Positions 42,780-56,620 of a stretch of DNA of 64,000 bases are shown here, one piece after another. The stretch is from Octopus vulgaris (Eukaryota), in the NCBI GenBank assembly GCA_951406725.2, contig OX597827.1, positions 47,740,001 through 47,804,000 on the forward strand, given 5' to 3'. The number at the start of each line of letters is the position of its first letter. Position 1 is the first letter of the stretch. The notes under the pieces were generated by a model. It had not been told where the DNA came from. It worked only from the letters and a program-made list of their open reading frames with translations, and made no database searches. The position numbers were made by a program, and so were the translations under genes.

Positions 42780-43234
42780 CACGTTTGTATCTCTCTCCCT
42801 ATATTATATTAACCGTTAAACGAATGTAAAATCACGACTAACTGTGATTATTTTGTAAATGCAAACTCAGCCGAGAAGAAAATTGCTTATGGTAAATTAT
42901 ATTTCATACTATACCAATACCTAATAACAATAAAAAAAATGAACTGCACAATAACAGGAACAAATGAAACAAGATGCTACGCTGGCAATAGGCAGAGTAT
43001 TGAATGAGTTAACGAGAGCTCTTTTTACGTAGTCGAGAAAATTCTCTCCTAAGCTGCTAATCAGCCGTCGGCCATTATATCGTCACTTCAAGGTCGGATC
43101 AGACGACAGTGTTAAACCTTCATAAGAATATATTATCACGCGCTGTTTGTACACACAAAATGTAAATCACAGACAGACTGAAAACACGAAAATATAGCAA
43201 GAATATTTAAACGGATGTAAACTAAATATGGTAG

Positions 43235-43532
43235 AGGTACATGGCCTAGTGGTTAGAGCAGCGGACGATCGGTCGAGGTATCGCGGGATCGAAACTCAGA
43301 CCGAGTGATATGTGTGTTTATGAGCGGAACATCTAAGCTCCATGCGGCGCCGGTAGAAGGTTAATGGCGTACTTCTGCTGACTCTTTCGCCACAATTTTC
43401 TCTCACTCTTTCCTCCTGCATCTAGCAGCTCGCCTGCGACGGACCGGTGTCTCGTCCACGTTGGGAACCTATACGCCAAGGAAACCAGGAAGCTGGCCCT
43501 ATGAGCCAGGCATGGATTGGGAAGGAACAAAC
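43235..43532 (+). mobile_element. tRNA-derived SINE related to family C
   Basis: TGGCCTAGTGGTTAGAGCAGCGGAC head, shared CTAAGCTCCA and CCACAA.TTTCTCTCACTCTTTC, tail GGAACAAACA. Confidence 0.8.
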
Positions 43533-43781
43533 AGCAAATTAAATATGAGTAATTTATAAGAAATCTAACTTTGTTCAAATAGGGGAAACGTTATTGGAGG
43601 AAAAGGAAGATGAGGCGAAGAGGCTAAATGATGGACAAACTGTAGTCGTTCATTTTAATCTACCTCGATCAGACCCTCGAAAAAGAACAGAAGTGATCAA
43701 AATATGGGAGGAAGTGGAAAAGAGAAAGGAAAAGTGGTACATAAAGGAATAAAGTAGATGTTCAATATAAATGCACCATCA

Positions 43782-44215
43782 AGGCAACGAGCTGGCAGAA
43801 ACGTTAGCGCGCTGGGCGAAATGCTTAGAGGTATTTCGTCTGTCTTTACGTTCTGGATTCAAATTCCGCCGAGGTGGACTTCGCCTTTCATCCTTTCGGG
43901 GTCGATAAATTAAGTACCAGTTACACACTGGGGTCGATATAATCGACTTAATCCGTTTGTCTGTCCTTGTTTGTCCTCTCTGTGTTTAGCCCCTTGTGGG
44001 TAGTAAAGAAATAGGTATTTCGTCTGCCTTTACGTTCTGGGTTCAAATTCCGCCGAGGTCGACTTTGCCTTTCATCCTTTCGGGGTCGATAAATTAAGTA
44101 CCAGTTACACACTGGAGTCGATGCAATCGATTTAATCCCTTTGCCTGTCCTTGTTTGTCCCCTCTATGCTTAGCCCCTTGTGGATAATAAAGAAATAAGA
44201 AACGTTAGCACGCCC
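43782..44215 (+). mobile_element. SINE family B, partial tandem dimer
   Basis: Full copy, then restart at GGTATTTCGTCTG (~44014), then third restart AACGTTAGCACGCC. Confidence 0.9.
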
Positions 44216-45059
44216 CTCCGCTGCGGCCACGCACTCAAGTCGCACTGGCGGGGTAGCATTACTTCTCGAATGATGGCGCCGTCCACCTTAATACACTGGC
44301 ACCCCGGGATCCCCTTCGTCCAAAACTTGGTCTGCACGGTCGTTGGGACTAGGCCTTGGCGAGGAGGCTTCGGTCACTAATCTCAGTGATAATATATTTA
44401 GCATCTTGCTGTATTATATCATGCATTGAATCGTGTGATATTATCATCATTTTTTCATATAACATCAGTTACTCTGTCATATTATGCCACGTGAATCGCA
44501 ATATAAAATATTGTGCGAAATGGTCGATGAGTTCAATATTGTAATGAAATTTTCGCACTAATATTTTGTGTAAAGAATCCGTCAAGGTTTTTGAGTGTTA
44601 TTGTTTTAAATATCCAATTGAAAAACCGAGATGCATTTCAGTATTTAAACGATAAAAGGGACTTTTGTTATATTTTTATTGAATTCGATTTTAATATATT
44701 GGATTGAAGTTTTATCAGGTCCCTTAGTGGAGGAAGAAACCTGTGATCGTGAAATGACTGATGATCAAAATATTCTGAACTAATGGTTCATAAGGTTTTC
44801 AATACTCCGTACACCTTGGAAATACTGGATTAACTGTTGCACAACGACAAAAGAAATATCAGATTTAAATATTAAAAAATCAATTTTTCTCATTAAAATC
44901 TTTTTTAAAAAATGGGCCACAAACGACCACGCTAATGGACAAATCCAACTAAAACATAAAATGTTTGAATCAGTGGATATAATGGAAATGTAAACAGAGC
45001 ACTAATACAAACTAAAAGAGGAGAAATCATTCACAATTGTGAACATAAAACGTTATGGC

Positions 45060-45330
45060 TTCTTTGTTCCCGCTTCTCTTTCAAGAAGTTCTAAAAAAAT
45101 AGAATTTCTTTCTCATCACAATTTGCAAGTCTGCTACTGGATTCATGCGATTCTTAAATTTTGGTTTCATTGACAAACGGTCAATTAATCTAGATTCACA
45201 GAAGTATATCGCTACAAGTGGATTAAAAATATACCAATGTGAGGATAATCTCTTAAGCCCATATTGTCATCAATAGACGAATGTAGTTTTTAAAGATTAC
45301 TTGGTAAATTTATTCCTAGGATTGATATTA
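45060..45330 (-). pseudogene. hAT transposase C-terminal dimerisation-domain relic
   Basis: DYPHIG ... PLVAIYFCESRLIDRLSMKPKFKNRMNPVADLQI resembles the hAT motif PF.TTYLCE.GFS.L..IK.K.RNRL...D.R. Confidence 0.6.
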
Positions 45331-46482
45331 CACTCTGAAATGCCATCTCTTACCATTAAGTGTTGTGGTCAGCCTATTTTGATGACTATGTTATGATGGA
45401 AACAGTGACTTGAATTACGAATTATATTTTTATTAACGTTCGATTAAAGGCGATGATCGAGGCAAATTGGTAGAGCGTCGGGAAATGAATCGTGGTATTT
45501 GTCCTGCTCTTTACTTTCTGAGATCAAATCCCGCAGCGATCCAGTTTGCATTTTATCAACGGGGCTCAATAAAGTAATTTGCCACACAAATAATGATATC
45601 AGTTGTATCATCTGATCTACTGTTCGAAAAATTGCGGGCCTCGTGCTTAAGCCTCAAACATTTATACTTTAAGTAAGGCTAGGAATCCGCAGTGCTACAT
45701 GTTTTAACTACATATATATTCCTGCAGGCGAGTATTAACTATTAACCAATTTATTGCTAAGTTACTATGAATTTCTGAGTTACATTCCTTTTTCATGTAT
45801 ATTGATAGCTGAGTTTTTTTCATCTTGTAACTAATTCAGTAGAAGCAGAGTTGATGTTAAGATCACAATTTTCCAGAAATGATTAATTTTTGAAATTAAT
45901 TTTAACTTTAATATTTAAAATTCAATTTCAGTAATTATATTTTTAGTTTAGTTTTATATAATTATCACTAATCAGATTAAATTCGCTTTAATTGAATTCC
46001 GCACTCAAGTACCAATTTCTAATATTTTAACACAAATATGATTAATTTTAAATTTGAAACTGGAGGGATAAACAATAACAACAGTTAAAAATATTGAAAA
46101 TTATGGGAAAAAAAAAAACATTCGAATTGATATTTACAAAAAGAATTACATGTTTATACAAATACATTTTACTTGATGTAACTGAATTTATTACACACAT
46201 GCACTAACATTGTTCTACATAAAGTAAAAAATTTCAGTACATCCTGAAAAATTTTCAACGTACGAAATTTGATTTCTAATTAGGAAAAAAAAATCAACAA
46301 TTTTTTTGATGATTAGACAGTTGGAAAAAAGAAAGATTTTTGTGATCTATCCTTTTAATACTGTGTAGATGTGAAGAGAGACGTGTAGAATGACCGCTGA
46401 TGTGTTACTGAAGTATGAAACAGCTTACAAATAAGTGCTTACAACATATTAAGAGGGTGAATCATAATTATATCTATATCTA

Positions 46483-46570
<88 letters not shown>

Positions 46571-46597
46571 GCGTTCCTAACGGAATACACACACACA

Positions 46598-46679
<82 letters not shown>

Positions 46680-46709
46680 TGTGTGTATATATATGCATAC
46701 ATATATATA

Positions 46710-47249
<540 letters not shown>

Positions 47250-47714
47250 CATATATATCAATCACATGGACTTGCTAAATTCAAATCATGCATATATTTT
47301 GATTAAGTTTTAAAAGAAATATATAAAGATCATATAATGTGGTTATCTAATACACAATCCAAACATCGTGGGAGAGTAAACAGTTTATGAAATAGCTACA
47401 GTTATGCGCTATGTAACATCCTATATTTCAACGTGATGAGAACAAATAAAGCGTAGTTTTGTTGACAGTGAGTCAGATAATCGAGTGAACCAACATAAAT
47501 TGAAAGGATACGAAAGTAACAACACGGAGAAATGTGTTTTTTAGCTTGAAATCTGATCTCGCCGGTTTTACTGAACAACGTGTAGGAGTTTGGTATTGGC
47601 ACGAATACATTTAAAATTGTTAATATATCTATACATTACCAGGCATGAAGACGCAGAAACGCCTCCATACATGTATATATCTATATATATTCTTTTAAGT
47701 TGTTTTTTTTAATT

Positions 47715-48112
47715 ATTTCACATGTTTCAGTCTTTTGACTGCGGCCATGCAGGAGCATCGCCTTTAGTTGAACATCTCGACCCCAGGACATATTCTTTGT
47801 AAACCTAGTACCCATAATATCGGTCCCTTTTTGCTGAACTGCTAAGTTACGAGGGCATAAACACACCAAGATCGGTTGTCAAGTGACGGTGGGGGACAAT
47901 CACAGAAACAAATACTCACACACGCACACACACACAACACACACTAACATATATGTATATACGACGGGCTTCATACAGTTTCCGTCTACCAAATCCGCTT
48001 ACAAAGTTTTGGTCGGCCCGAGGCTGTAGTACTTGCCCAAAGTGCCACACAGTGGGACTGAATCCAGAACCATGTGGTTTGAAATCAAGCTTCTTACCAC
48101 ACAGCCACGCCA
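47715..48112 (-). mobile_element. SINE family A
   Basis: Near full-length reverse copy. Confidence 0.85.
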
Positions 48113-48114
48113 TA

Positions 48115-48212
<98 letters not shown>

Positions 48213-48314
48213 GGAGTAAACACATAAATGTGAAACAAGATGGAAAAAAGAGTACTCAAATACCAGTGGTAGAGTAATATGCTTTATTTCAAGCAGCAGA
48301 AAATTCAACATAAT

Positions 48315-48352
48315 CTGTTACTCCGAGTTTCTCGTTGCCGTTCATCAGACAG
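48315..48352 (-). ncRNA. Minimal type I hammerhead
   Basis: CUGU-CUGAUGA-A CG GCAA CG A-GAAA-CUC G GAG-UA-ACAG. Confidence 0.75.
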
Positions 48353-48368
48353 TTTTTTCTAGCAAAAA

Positions 48369-48406
48369 CTGTCTGATGAACGGCAACGAGAAACTCAGAG
48401 TAACAG
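48369..48406 (+). ncRNA. Minimal type I hammerhead
   Basis: CUGU-CUGAUGA-A CG GCAA CG A-GAAA-CUC A GAG-UA-ACAG; inverted partner of 48315-48352 in TA-flanked element 48211-48444. Confidence 0.75.
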
Positions 48407-48460
48407 ATTTTGTTGAATTTTCTGCTGCTTTAAATAAAGTATATATATATATATATATAA

Positions 48461-48720
48461 CTTGGCCCTGTTTTCGAAGCGCGGATCAGGTGAAACAAGG
48501 ACAACTGATGAAGGGGGATATTATTTATGTTGCATATCTCGTGTCTCTGTGTTTTTAGCTGTTCGAGAAAAAAGTTCGTTTTCTATGTTTTCATTTCTCA
48601 TTGTGTTCAACGTTTTTTTTTTTGATGTACTGTACCCATATATGCATTTATATTTACATATATATGTAGGTATGTACATATATGTATGTATATATGTGCA
48701 TATATTTATATATTATTTAT
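48461..48720 (+). mobile_element. CTGATGAAGGG-family fragment
   Basis: TTTTCGAAGCGCGG..GAAACAAGGACAACTGATGAAGGG..GATGTACTGTACCCATATATGCAT. Confidence 0.7.
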
Positions 48721-49352
48721 AAACTTATATATTATATATATATATATATTGGACTGCGACCTTTCTGGGGCGCCGTTCTGAAGTATTCTAGTAGAACGAA
48801 TGAACCCCATACATATGTTGACAATCAGTCTTTATGAGATTATAATATTATTATCTTTAAACGCTTGATTTCGTTCTTCATTCTGCTTTATTTTCCTTCC
48901 CTTTAATCTGACCATGACGATAAGAATGTAATTTATAAATAACTTCACACAGAAGATTTTCTTCTATTTGTTTATTTATTTCTCTGTTTTGAATTTTGAT
49001 TATACCTGCGATTTGTCTGTCACTATATCTATGGTTTCAGCTTTATATGCTAACTGCTGCTGAAAAATGCACACTCTATTGCGTCTTCATTCTTTTACAG
49101 AGTGAAATGACAGTAATGTTATAAGGAAGGACTTTTTTCAAAAAATCAAGGCATTGCATTACCTATACCATCTCACGTATAAACGGGGTAACGATGTGTG
49201 ACAACTATTGTAGCGATTTCAATTAGGGAATATAGTTTAATCGATACATTCTTATTTTCTATTCATCTCTCTCTCTCTCTTTCTGTGCATATATAAGTAT
49301 GTATACACACACACACTCACAAAGAAATATGTATATATTCATGTATGCTTAC

Positions 49353-49436
<84 letters not shown>

Positions 49437-49444
49437 ATAATAAT

Positions 49445-49885
49445 ATAAATAATATATATATGCATATATACATACGTATACGTACATACTTACAACTATA
49501 CCTATATACATACGCATATGTGGACACAGGTCGTCAGGAAACGTAAACAACATAAAAATTAAACGTAAACATGAGATACGAAATACGAATACATGAAATA
49601 TGAACCTGTTTTTGCAACAACGAAATAAACACATGGAAAACAAGACGAGTAACATAATGAACAACCCTTCATCAGTTGTCGGCTGATCAGATTTTCTGAA
49701 CCATATTTTGAGCAATTTAACGAAAAGAAAGATACACCTTCGATAAAAAAAAAAGTTGCCCCTGCAAAGCAAATTCAATAAAAATTTCGGTTTTGCGGAG
49801 GATCAATATTGGTAAGAAAAAAAGGACAGTGAAAACAAACAGGAAGGATTGCTAAGCTAAGCCTAAACTAGGCGAGGTGGCGAAC
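49445..49885 (-). mobile_element. CTGATGAAGGG-family fragment
   Basis: Minus strand: GCTCAAAA..CAGCCGACAACTGATGAAGGG..GACGACCTGTGTCC. Confidence 0.7.
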
Positions 49886-50076
49886 GCGGAGAAACAAGCT
49901 TAAACAGGAGACAGACAAATATATGTCTCATTCCTCTTCACACACCGACACACATACACACATTCTATTTCATGATGGTCACTATTTTCTTGCCACATAA
50001 ACACACGCGTTATATATTCATTTTTCACTTGTTTATTGCTGTTCTTATTCTATGTATATGTTAGGTATATGCTATG

Positions 50077-50108
<32 letters not shown>

Positions 50109-50191
50109 CGTATACCCATAGACATGTACATATATGTACGTACACCCCCATATATATATATATATATGTATATACATAAATATATATGTAT

Positions 50192-50228
<37 letters not shown>

Positions 50229-50232
50229 AATA

Positions 50233-50305
<73 letters not shown>

Positions 50306-51352
50306 ATGTATATATGTGTGTGTGTGTGCGCGCATGTGTATCAAAATATACGTATATGATACATTCACATATGAGGATAATCAGCTTACAATTGTACAAA
50401 TTATATCACCATTTTATACATAAAAACATACCAACTGAATGTATTTTTTATAATGATTTGTGAGCGGAAGCACACACATACAAATGAACGGACACACACA
50501 AACCCATACACACACAGCCGCACCCATACATGCACAATTTATATGCGTGTATACATATAAAGCGTGAAGTGTATAAGTTGTTTAGAGAAATTAAATAATT
50601 GACGCTACTTCTAAAATTTGTGTTGATTAAATAAACATTTTACGAAAATTATACAGAACGGATCTGCATTAATGAATTATTAATATTCTCTTCCATGATA
50701 ATATTATTCTATTCATATTACAACACGAAAATTCCCAATACGTGTCATTGTTAAGGTACCTGGTTTCAGTTATTGCTTGAATTTCATAATGTATTCTAAG
50801 TTTGTAATGTCCTCATCATAACTTCTTTCTATAGTAGACAGTACTGACTCTAAAATATGATACAGGCCTACTTATTGCAAGCGGTACTGGTTGCCTAGGA
50901 GTTTTCTATCAACTGAGGTAAATCTTCGCGAAATCATGTTACATTCTACCGCCAGGAATATGAGAAATAGCAATATTATTTTTTTTAAGTGTTCGTCATG
51001 GCATTACTAAACGTTTAGTTGTATATGGTCGTAACGATAAACGTTCTACTATAGGCACAAAGCATGAGGAATTTGGTTGGTTGGGAGATAGTCGATTACA
51101 ACACTTCCAGTGGTCATGTGGTACTTATTTCATCGAGTGAATGATTCCTGTTTCGGAGACTTCCGCTAGACTGCATTGTTTCTCAATAAGATGCCGCTTG
51201 CTAGATCAATTAGTTTCTTGAATTCACTTGATATTTTTCAAGCCATTGTCAATCGCCTATGTTTAAATAAAAATAAATAGATAAATAAAACACATACATA
51301 GGTTGAAAAAAGGAAGGGAACTACATAAATAAACTGACAGACAGAATATGCA

Positions 51353-51390
<38 letters not shown>

Positions 51391-51420
51391 GAGAATGAGA
51401 GAGGGAGAGAAAGAGAGACA

Positions 51421-51451
<31 letters not shown>

Positions 51452-51456
<5 letters not shown>

Positions 51457-51651
51457 GATGTCGGTACGTACATATATGTTTGTATGTATGCATATATTTT
51501 ATTTATTACACTATTGTCTGACAGCGCTTCGCGTCGGGTTCGTTTGAATTTTCGATTTTGCGAATTCTCACTTCGTTCCATCTCTTTCCTCCCAGTTTGT
51601 TTTACAGTTTACTACAATGATGCGAAATTCTCTCCCTTTGCTTTGCCTTCC

Positions 51652-51692
<41 letters not shown>

Positions 51693-52417
51693 CTCTCTCT
51701 CTGCCTCAACCTTCTCTCTAGCCGCGTGTCTTCCTCTATCTGTCTCTCTCTCTCCCACTCCTCCTCACTTTCGTCACTGCTAATCCTTTCGCCTGTTGCA
51801 TTCAGACCCTAAGGTCATTTTTCCCAGCGCTCGCCAGTTACCTTCTCGTCCCCGCCAGAACAAAAGCCTTCGTTCGTCTTTTTCGTTTGTTCTCTTGTTT
51901 ATTTTGATTTCTCGTAATTTAATTTAATTCTCGTTTTGTATTTTCTTGTACATGTATCTTTAATTTTGTATTATTTTTTTCCTGTATTTTTTGTGCAGTT
52001 CTTTGTTACGTCCCTTTTTGTGTTACATTTTTTCTTGCTCGTTTTACCCCTCTACGAGGTTATTTTGTTTTAATTCTCTCGTAGGGAGGCCTAGCATGAC
52101 CAGAAGTGTTCTGTCTTGCCTTCGAAACACGCTATGTCTGCTAGCGACAGCTGATGAAGGGTTTTTTTTCCTTGTGCAGCATGTCCTGTACTTCGTTTTC
52201 TTTTGTACATAATTGTTTTTCCCGTTTTCGTTTCGTCTTGTTCCAAGTCTCTGTCCTTCTGTTGTAACAAAATGGCTTTTCCGTTTTCGTTTCTCTTGAT
52301 TTTTACGTTTTCTTGTGATGTCCTGTACGTATATATATTTATATATGCATGTATATATACATGTAGATGTCGGTACGTACATATATGTTTGTATGTATGC
52401 ATATATTTTATTTATTA

Positions 52418-52422
<5 letters not shown>
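51452..52422 (+). mobile_element. 909-bp non-coding unit of the CTGATGAAGGG family with 62-bp direct terminal repeat, inserted in (TA)n
   Basis: 51452-51513 equals 52361-52422; TA on both sides. Confidence 0.8.
52106..52161 (+). ncRNA. Candidate non-circularly permuted hammerhead ribozyme
   Basis: Strands GUGUU-CUGUC (52106-15), UUC-GAAA-CAC (52121-30) and GACAG-CUGAUGA-AGGG (52146-61) pair into helices III, I and II. Confidence 0.5.
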
Positions 52423-52450
<28 letters not shown>

Positions 52451-52452
<2 letters not shown>

Positions 52453-52675
52453 CAATAATAAATCTCTGAACGAGGTATAAACAGTAACTGCAGGACAATG
52501 TGAGGGATATTTGCCATCTCAATACGTAGCCCTAGGAGAACGTCGTCTCCAGCTGGCTTTAGGCACACTTTTGTGTTCTTAAAGCCGACTGGAGACGATG
52601 TTCTCCTGGGGCTACAAGCTACAGTAACACCCACCCTTAGTGGTTAGCCATATTGAGATGGCAACTATTCCTCAC

Positions 52676-52680
<5 letters not shown>
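52451..52680. mobile_element. TA-flanked foldback element
   Basis: AATGTGAGGGATATTTGCCATCTCAATA / TATTGAGATGGCAACTATTCCTCACATT and GTAGCCCTAGGAGAACGTCGTCTCCAG / CTGGAGACGATGTTCTCCTGGGGCTAC. Confidence 0.7.
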
Positions 52681-52744
<64 letters not shown>

Positions 52745-52745
52745 T

Positions 52746-52804
<59 letters not shown>

Positions 52805-53222
52805 GGATAGATAGATAGATATAAAACAGAAAATTGTTCTCTATCTGAATGTATGAAACTGAAACGTTGACAAGGCACTATAATTCATGTCATACTTGCC
52901 ATTTCCCAGAGAATATCTTACGCACTGCCTTATACAGTATTATAGTTTCACTGACAGGACTTCATATTGTCAAGTGTAGTCAGGTATTCAGAAGTTTCTA
53001 ACCACTCAAATACGAAATTTTTTCTATTGAAATATGGTGTCGATATCCGCGTACAACTCTATTCGATGTAAACGTTTAAGATGACGCATTAGGAATGGAT
53101 CTACGCTTAACCCTTTGCATCCACTTGTAACTGTCAACGTGGCATTTTTCTATATAGCTCTTTAACACTATATGCATTAACGATTAAAGCACTGGCAAGA
53201 AATATAGAGAAATAAAGAAATG

Positions 53223-53319
<97 letters not shown>

Positions 53320-53353
53320 TATATACATATATATATATAAATATGTGTGTGTG

Positions 53354-53406
<53 letters not shown>

Positions 53407-53536
53407 ATATATAATATAATATAATATAATATATAAATAATATAAATTTGTGTGTTGTATGTATATATATATGGGTGTGTACATATATATTTGTGTATGT
53501 ACATATATAAGTATCTATAAAAAAACAAATATATAT

Positions 53537-53579
<43 letters not shown>

Positions 53580-53652
53580 TATATATAGAAATATATGTAC
53601 ACACCCACACACATATATATTCTCACATATGCGTATATATTCTATTCTACGG

Positions 53653-53962
53653 CACACCGTCGGTTACGACCAGTCTGCTCGCGAAATTAACGTGCAAGAT
53701 ACGTGCTATCGGGAGAGATTCAGTGTGACACAGAGTGTGAAAAGGCTGAGCCCTTTGATATACAGGTACAACAGAAACAGGAGGAAAGAGCGAGAGAAAC
53801 ATGTGATGAAAGAGTACGGCAGGGTTCGTCACCACGGAACTTCGTGGTGGTTTCAGTATTTTTCCCTCAATAAACACTCACAACGCCCGGTCCCGGTCCG
53901 GGAATCGAAACCGCGATTCTATGACCGCGAGTCCGCTGCCTTAACCACTGGGCCATTGCGAC
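53653..53962 (-). mobile_element. SINE family C
   Basis: Reverse complement of 40572-40961 (head, body and tail). Confidence 0.85.
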
Positions 53963-54086
53963 CCCACGCGTAGATATTACATATATGATGATTCATATAC
54001 AAGTATTTTCACTGACACGTATCTGCGTGTTTATGAGTGTCTACATATTGAGTGTATTGACGGTAGTGTATACATGTATAATCGAT

Positions 54087-54130
<44 letters not shown>

Positions 54131-54537
54131 ACATTTCTTTTCATATTTTTTGTTGTTGTAACTTCAAGAATTGTACTTAACGATGTGATGGACTCTTTTC
54201 TGTCGTCGTTCCATCCTTTACATGAAGTAAAGCTATTATTTATTTGTTGCGACTGACAAAGGGTGCAGAAAAATTTTCCATTATTTTCCATATTACTGAT
54301 TGTTATTCATCATGAAACATGACATTTCCCATTCACACCTCAGAAAATTCGTTACCTGGACACTTTGCTCCGTATACAAGACACACACACAAACACACAT
54401 ACACACTCACATGTTCTTGTGTTTATTCTTTCAGATACATATACATACATTCATACTTATGTGTGTGTGCATGCATATATATATATGTATATATATATAT
54501 ATGTGTGTGTGTATATATGTATATATATGTATGTATA

Positions 54538-54596
<59 letters not shown>

Positions 54597-54814
54597 GCGT
54601 GTTATACGTTCACTTACTTATATGAGCTCACACACACACAGTTACACACACGTGCATGTGTGGGTGGGTGTGTTTGTGTGCTTTTGTGTGTGTGTGTTTA
54701 TTTTTGTGTACATATGTATGACTTTATATACTTATGTTTATATGTGTGTGTCTGTGCATATATATGTAAATTTATGATACGCAAACTTATACATTCATAC
54801 ATATATATATATAC

Positions 54815-54913
<99 letters not shown>

Positions 54914-55527
54914 TCAATGTACACATGTGTATAAATGTATCAATGTATGTATATGTAAATGAAAGAGTGAACACAACCACAAATCGCATACACACAGACA
55001 GATATACATATAATATTCTACTCATGGCTTTTAGAATTTAAGAATTTGTTTTGCATGCAATACGGATTTAATAGTTCTGGAAGTGTAGCATGATAACCGC
55101 AAAAAGTTTTTACCGTAGTACGTGTGTAGCTGCGTTTAGATGCATATACACGGGTGAGTGTCTGTGTGTGTGTGTGTGTACGTCTGTGTATGATTGCGTA
55201 TATACACACATATTTATATTTACAGCGGATGTGTGTGTGCTCCGTTGCATACATAGCAGCTACCAATTTCCTGCTGAAATGCATTATAACCTGTGTAGAA
55301 TAAAAGGTGAACAGGTAAGAGCAGATACTTCTATTATTATATTAGTCAATGGTTAAACTCATTGTACATCTGAAAATCACAGAATATTCCACTTACCACA
55401 ATGCTGCATCGAATAATGATGACTCAATATATCAATGGTTTGGTAAAGCAATTTCAAAATTTCGTACAGGTTATGTATGAGTTCACACTCCTATGTTCAC
55501 CTATCAGCAGAATATTATTATAATCTT

Positions 55528-56053
55528 TTCTACTCGAGGCACAAGGCCTGAAATTTTAAGGGAGGGAGCCAGTCGTTTAGATCAGCCCCAGTACACAACT
55601 AGTACTTGATTTATCGACTCCGAAATAATGAAAAGCAAAGTCGATCTCGGCGGAATTTGAACTCAGAATGTAAAGACAGACGAAATGACGCTAAGCACTT
55701 CGCCCGGCGTGCTAACGATCCTGGCAGCTCGCCGTCAAATATTATTATATACTCTAGGTACAAGGCTCGAAATTTTGAAGGAGGGTAGCAGTCGATTAGA
55801 TCAACCCCAGTACACAACTGGTATTTAATTTATCAACCCGAAAGGAAGAAAGGCAAAGTCGATCTCGGCAGGATTTGAACTCAGAGCGTAAAGGCAGACG
55901 AAATACCTATTTCTTTACTACCCACAAGGGGCTAAACACAGAGAGGACAAACAAGGACAGAGAAACGAATTAAGTCGATTATATCGACCCCAGTGCGTAA
56001 CTGGTACTTATTTAATCGACCCCAAAAGGATGAAATATCAAAGTCGACCTCGC
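55528..56053 (-). mobile_element. Tandem SINE family B copies
   Basis: Three cores; includes the same dimer junction as 44014. Confidence 0.85.
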
Positions 56054-56195
56054 ATACACAAGCACTTACACACACACACATGCATATATATGTACACTGA
56101 CGCATATATATATATATGTCTTTATATAGCTACATCCTATTCGTATTAGCCCAAGCTTCACCTGCATATAAGAGCGAAGGTAAGATTGTAATTAG

Positions 56196-56620
56196 TCGCA
56201 GGAGTGATTGTGTGGATAAGCGCAGGTGTGGCTGTGTGGTAAGAAGCTTGCTATCCAGTCACGTGGTTCGGGGTTCAGTCCCTTTTCATGTCACATTGGG
56301 CAAGTGTCTTCTCCTATAGCCTCGGACCGACCAAAGGATTGTGAGTGCATTTGGTAGACGGAAACGGAAAGAAACCCGTCGTATATATATATATTTATGT
56401 GTGTGTGTATGTATGTATGTATGTATTTACATTTATGTGTGTCTGTGTTTGTCCCCACCATCACCACTTGACAACTTGTTTTGGTATGTTTATGTCCACG
56501 TAACTTAACAGTTCGCCAAAAGGGACCAGGCTAAAAAAAATATAAGTATTGGGGTCGATTCATTTGACTAAAACTTCTAGGCGCTGCCCCAGTATGGCCG
56601 CAGTGTAATGACTGAAACCT
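56196..56620 (+). mobile_element. SINE family A
   Basis: Duplicated head; GGTTCAGTCCC, TTGGGCAAGTGTCTTCT and tail ATGACTGAAAC. Confidence 0.85.
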
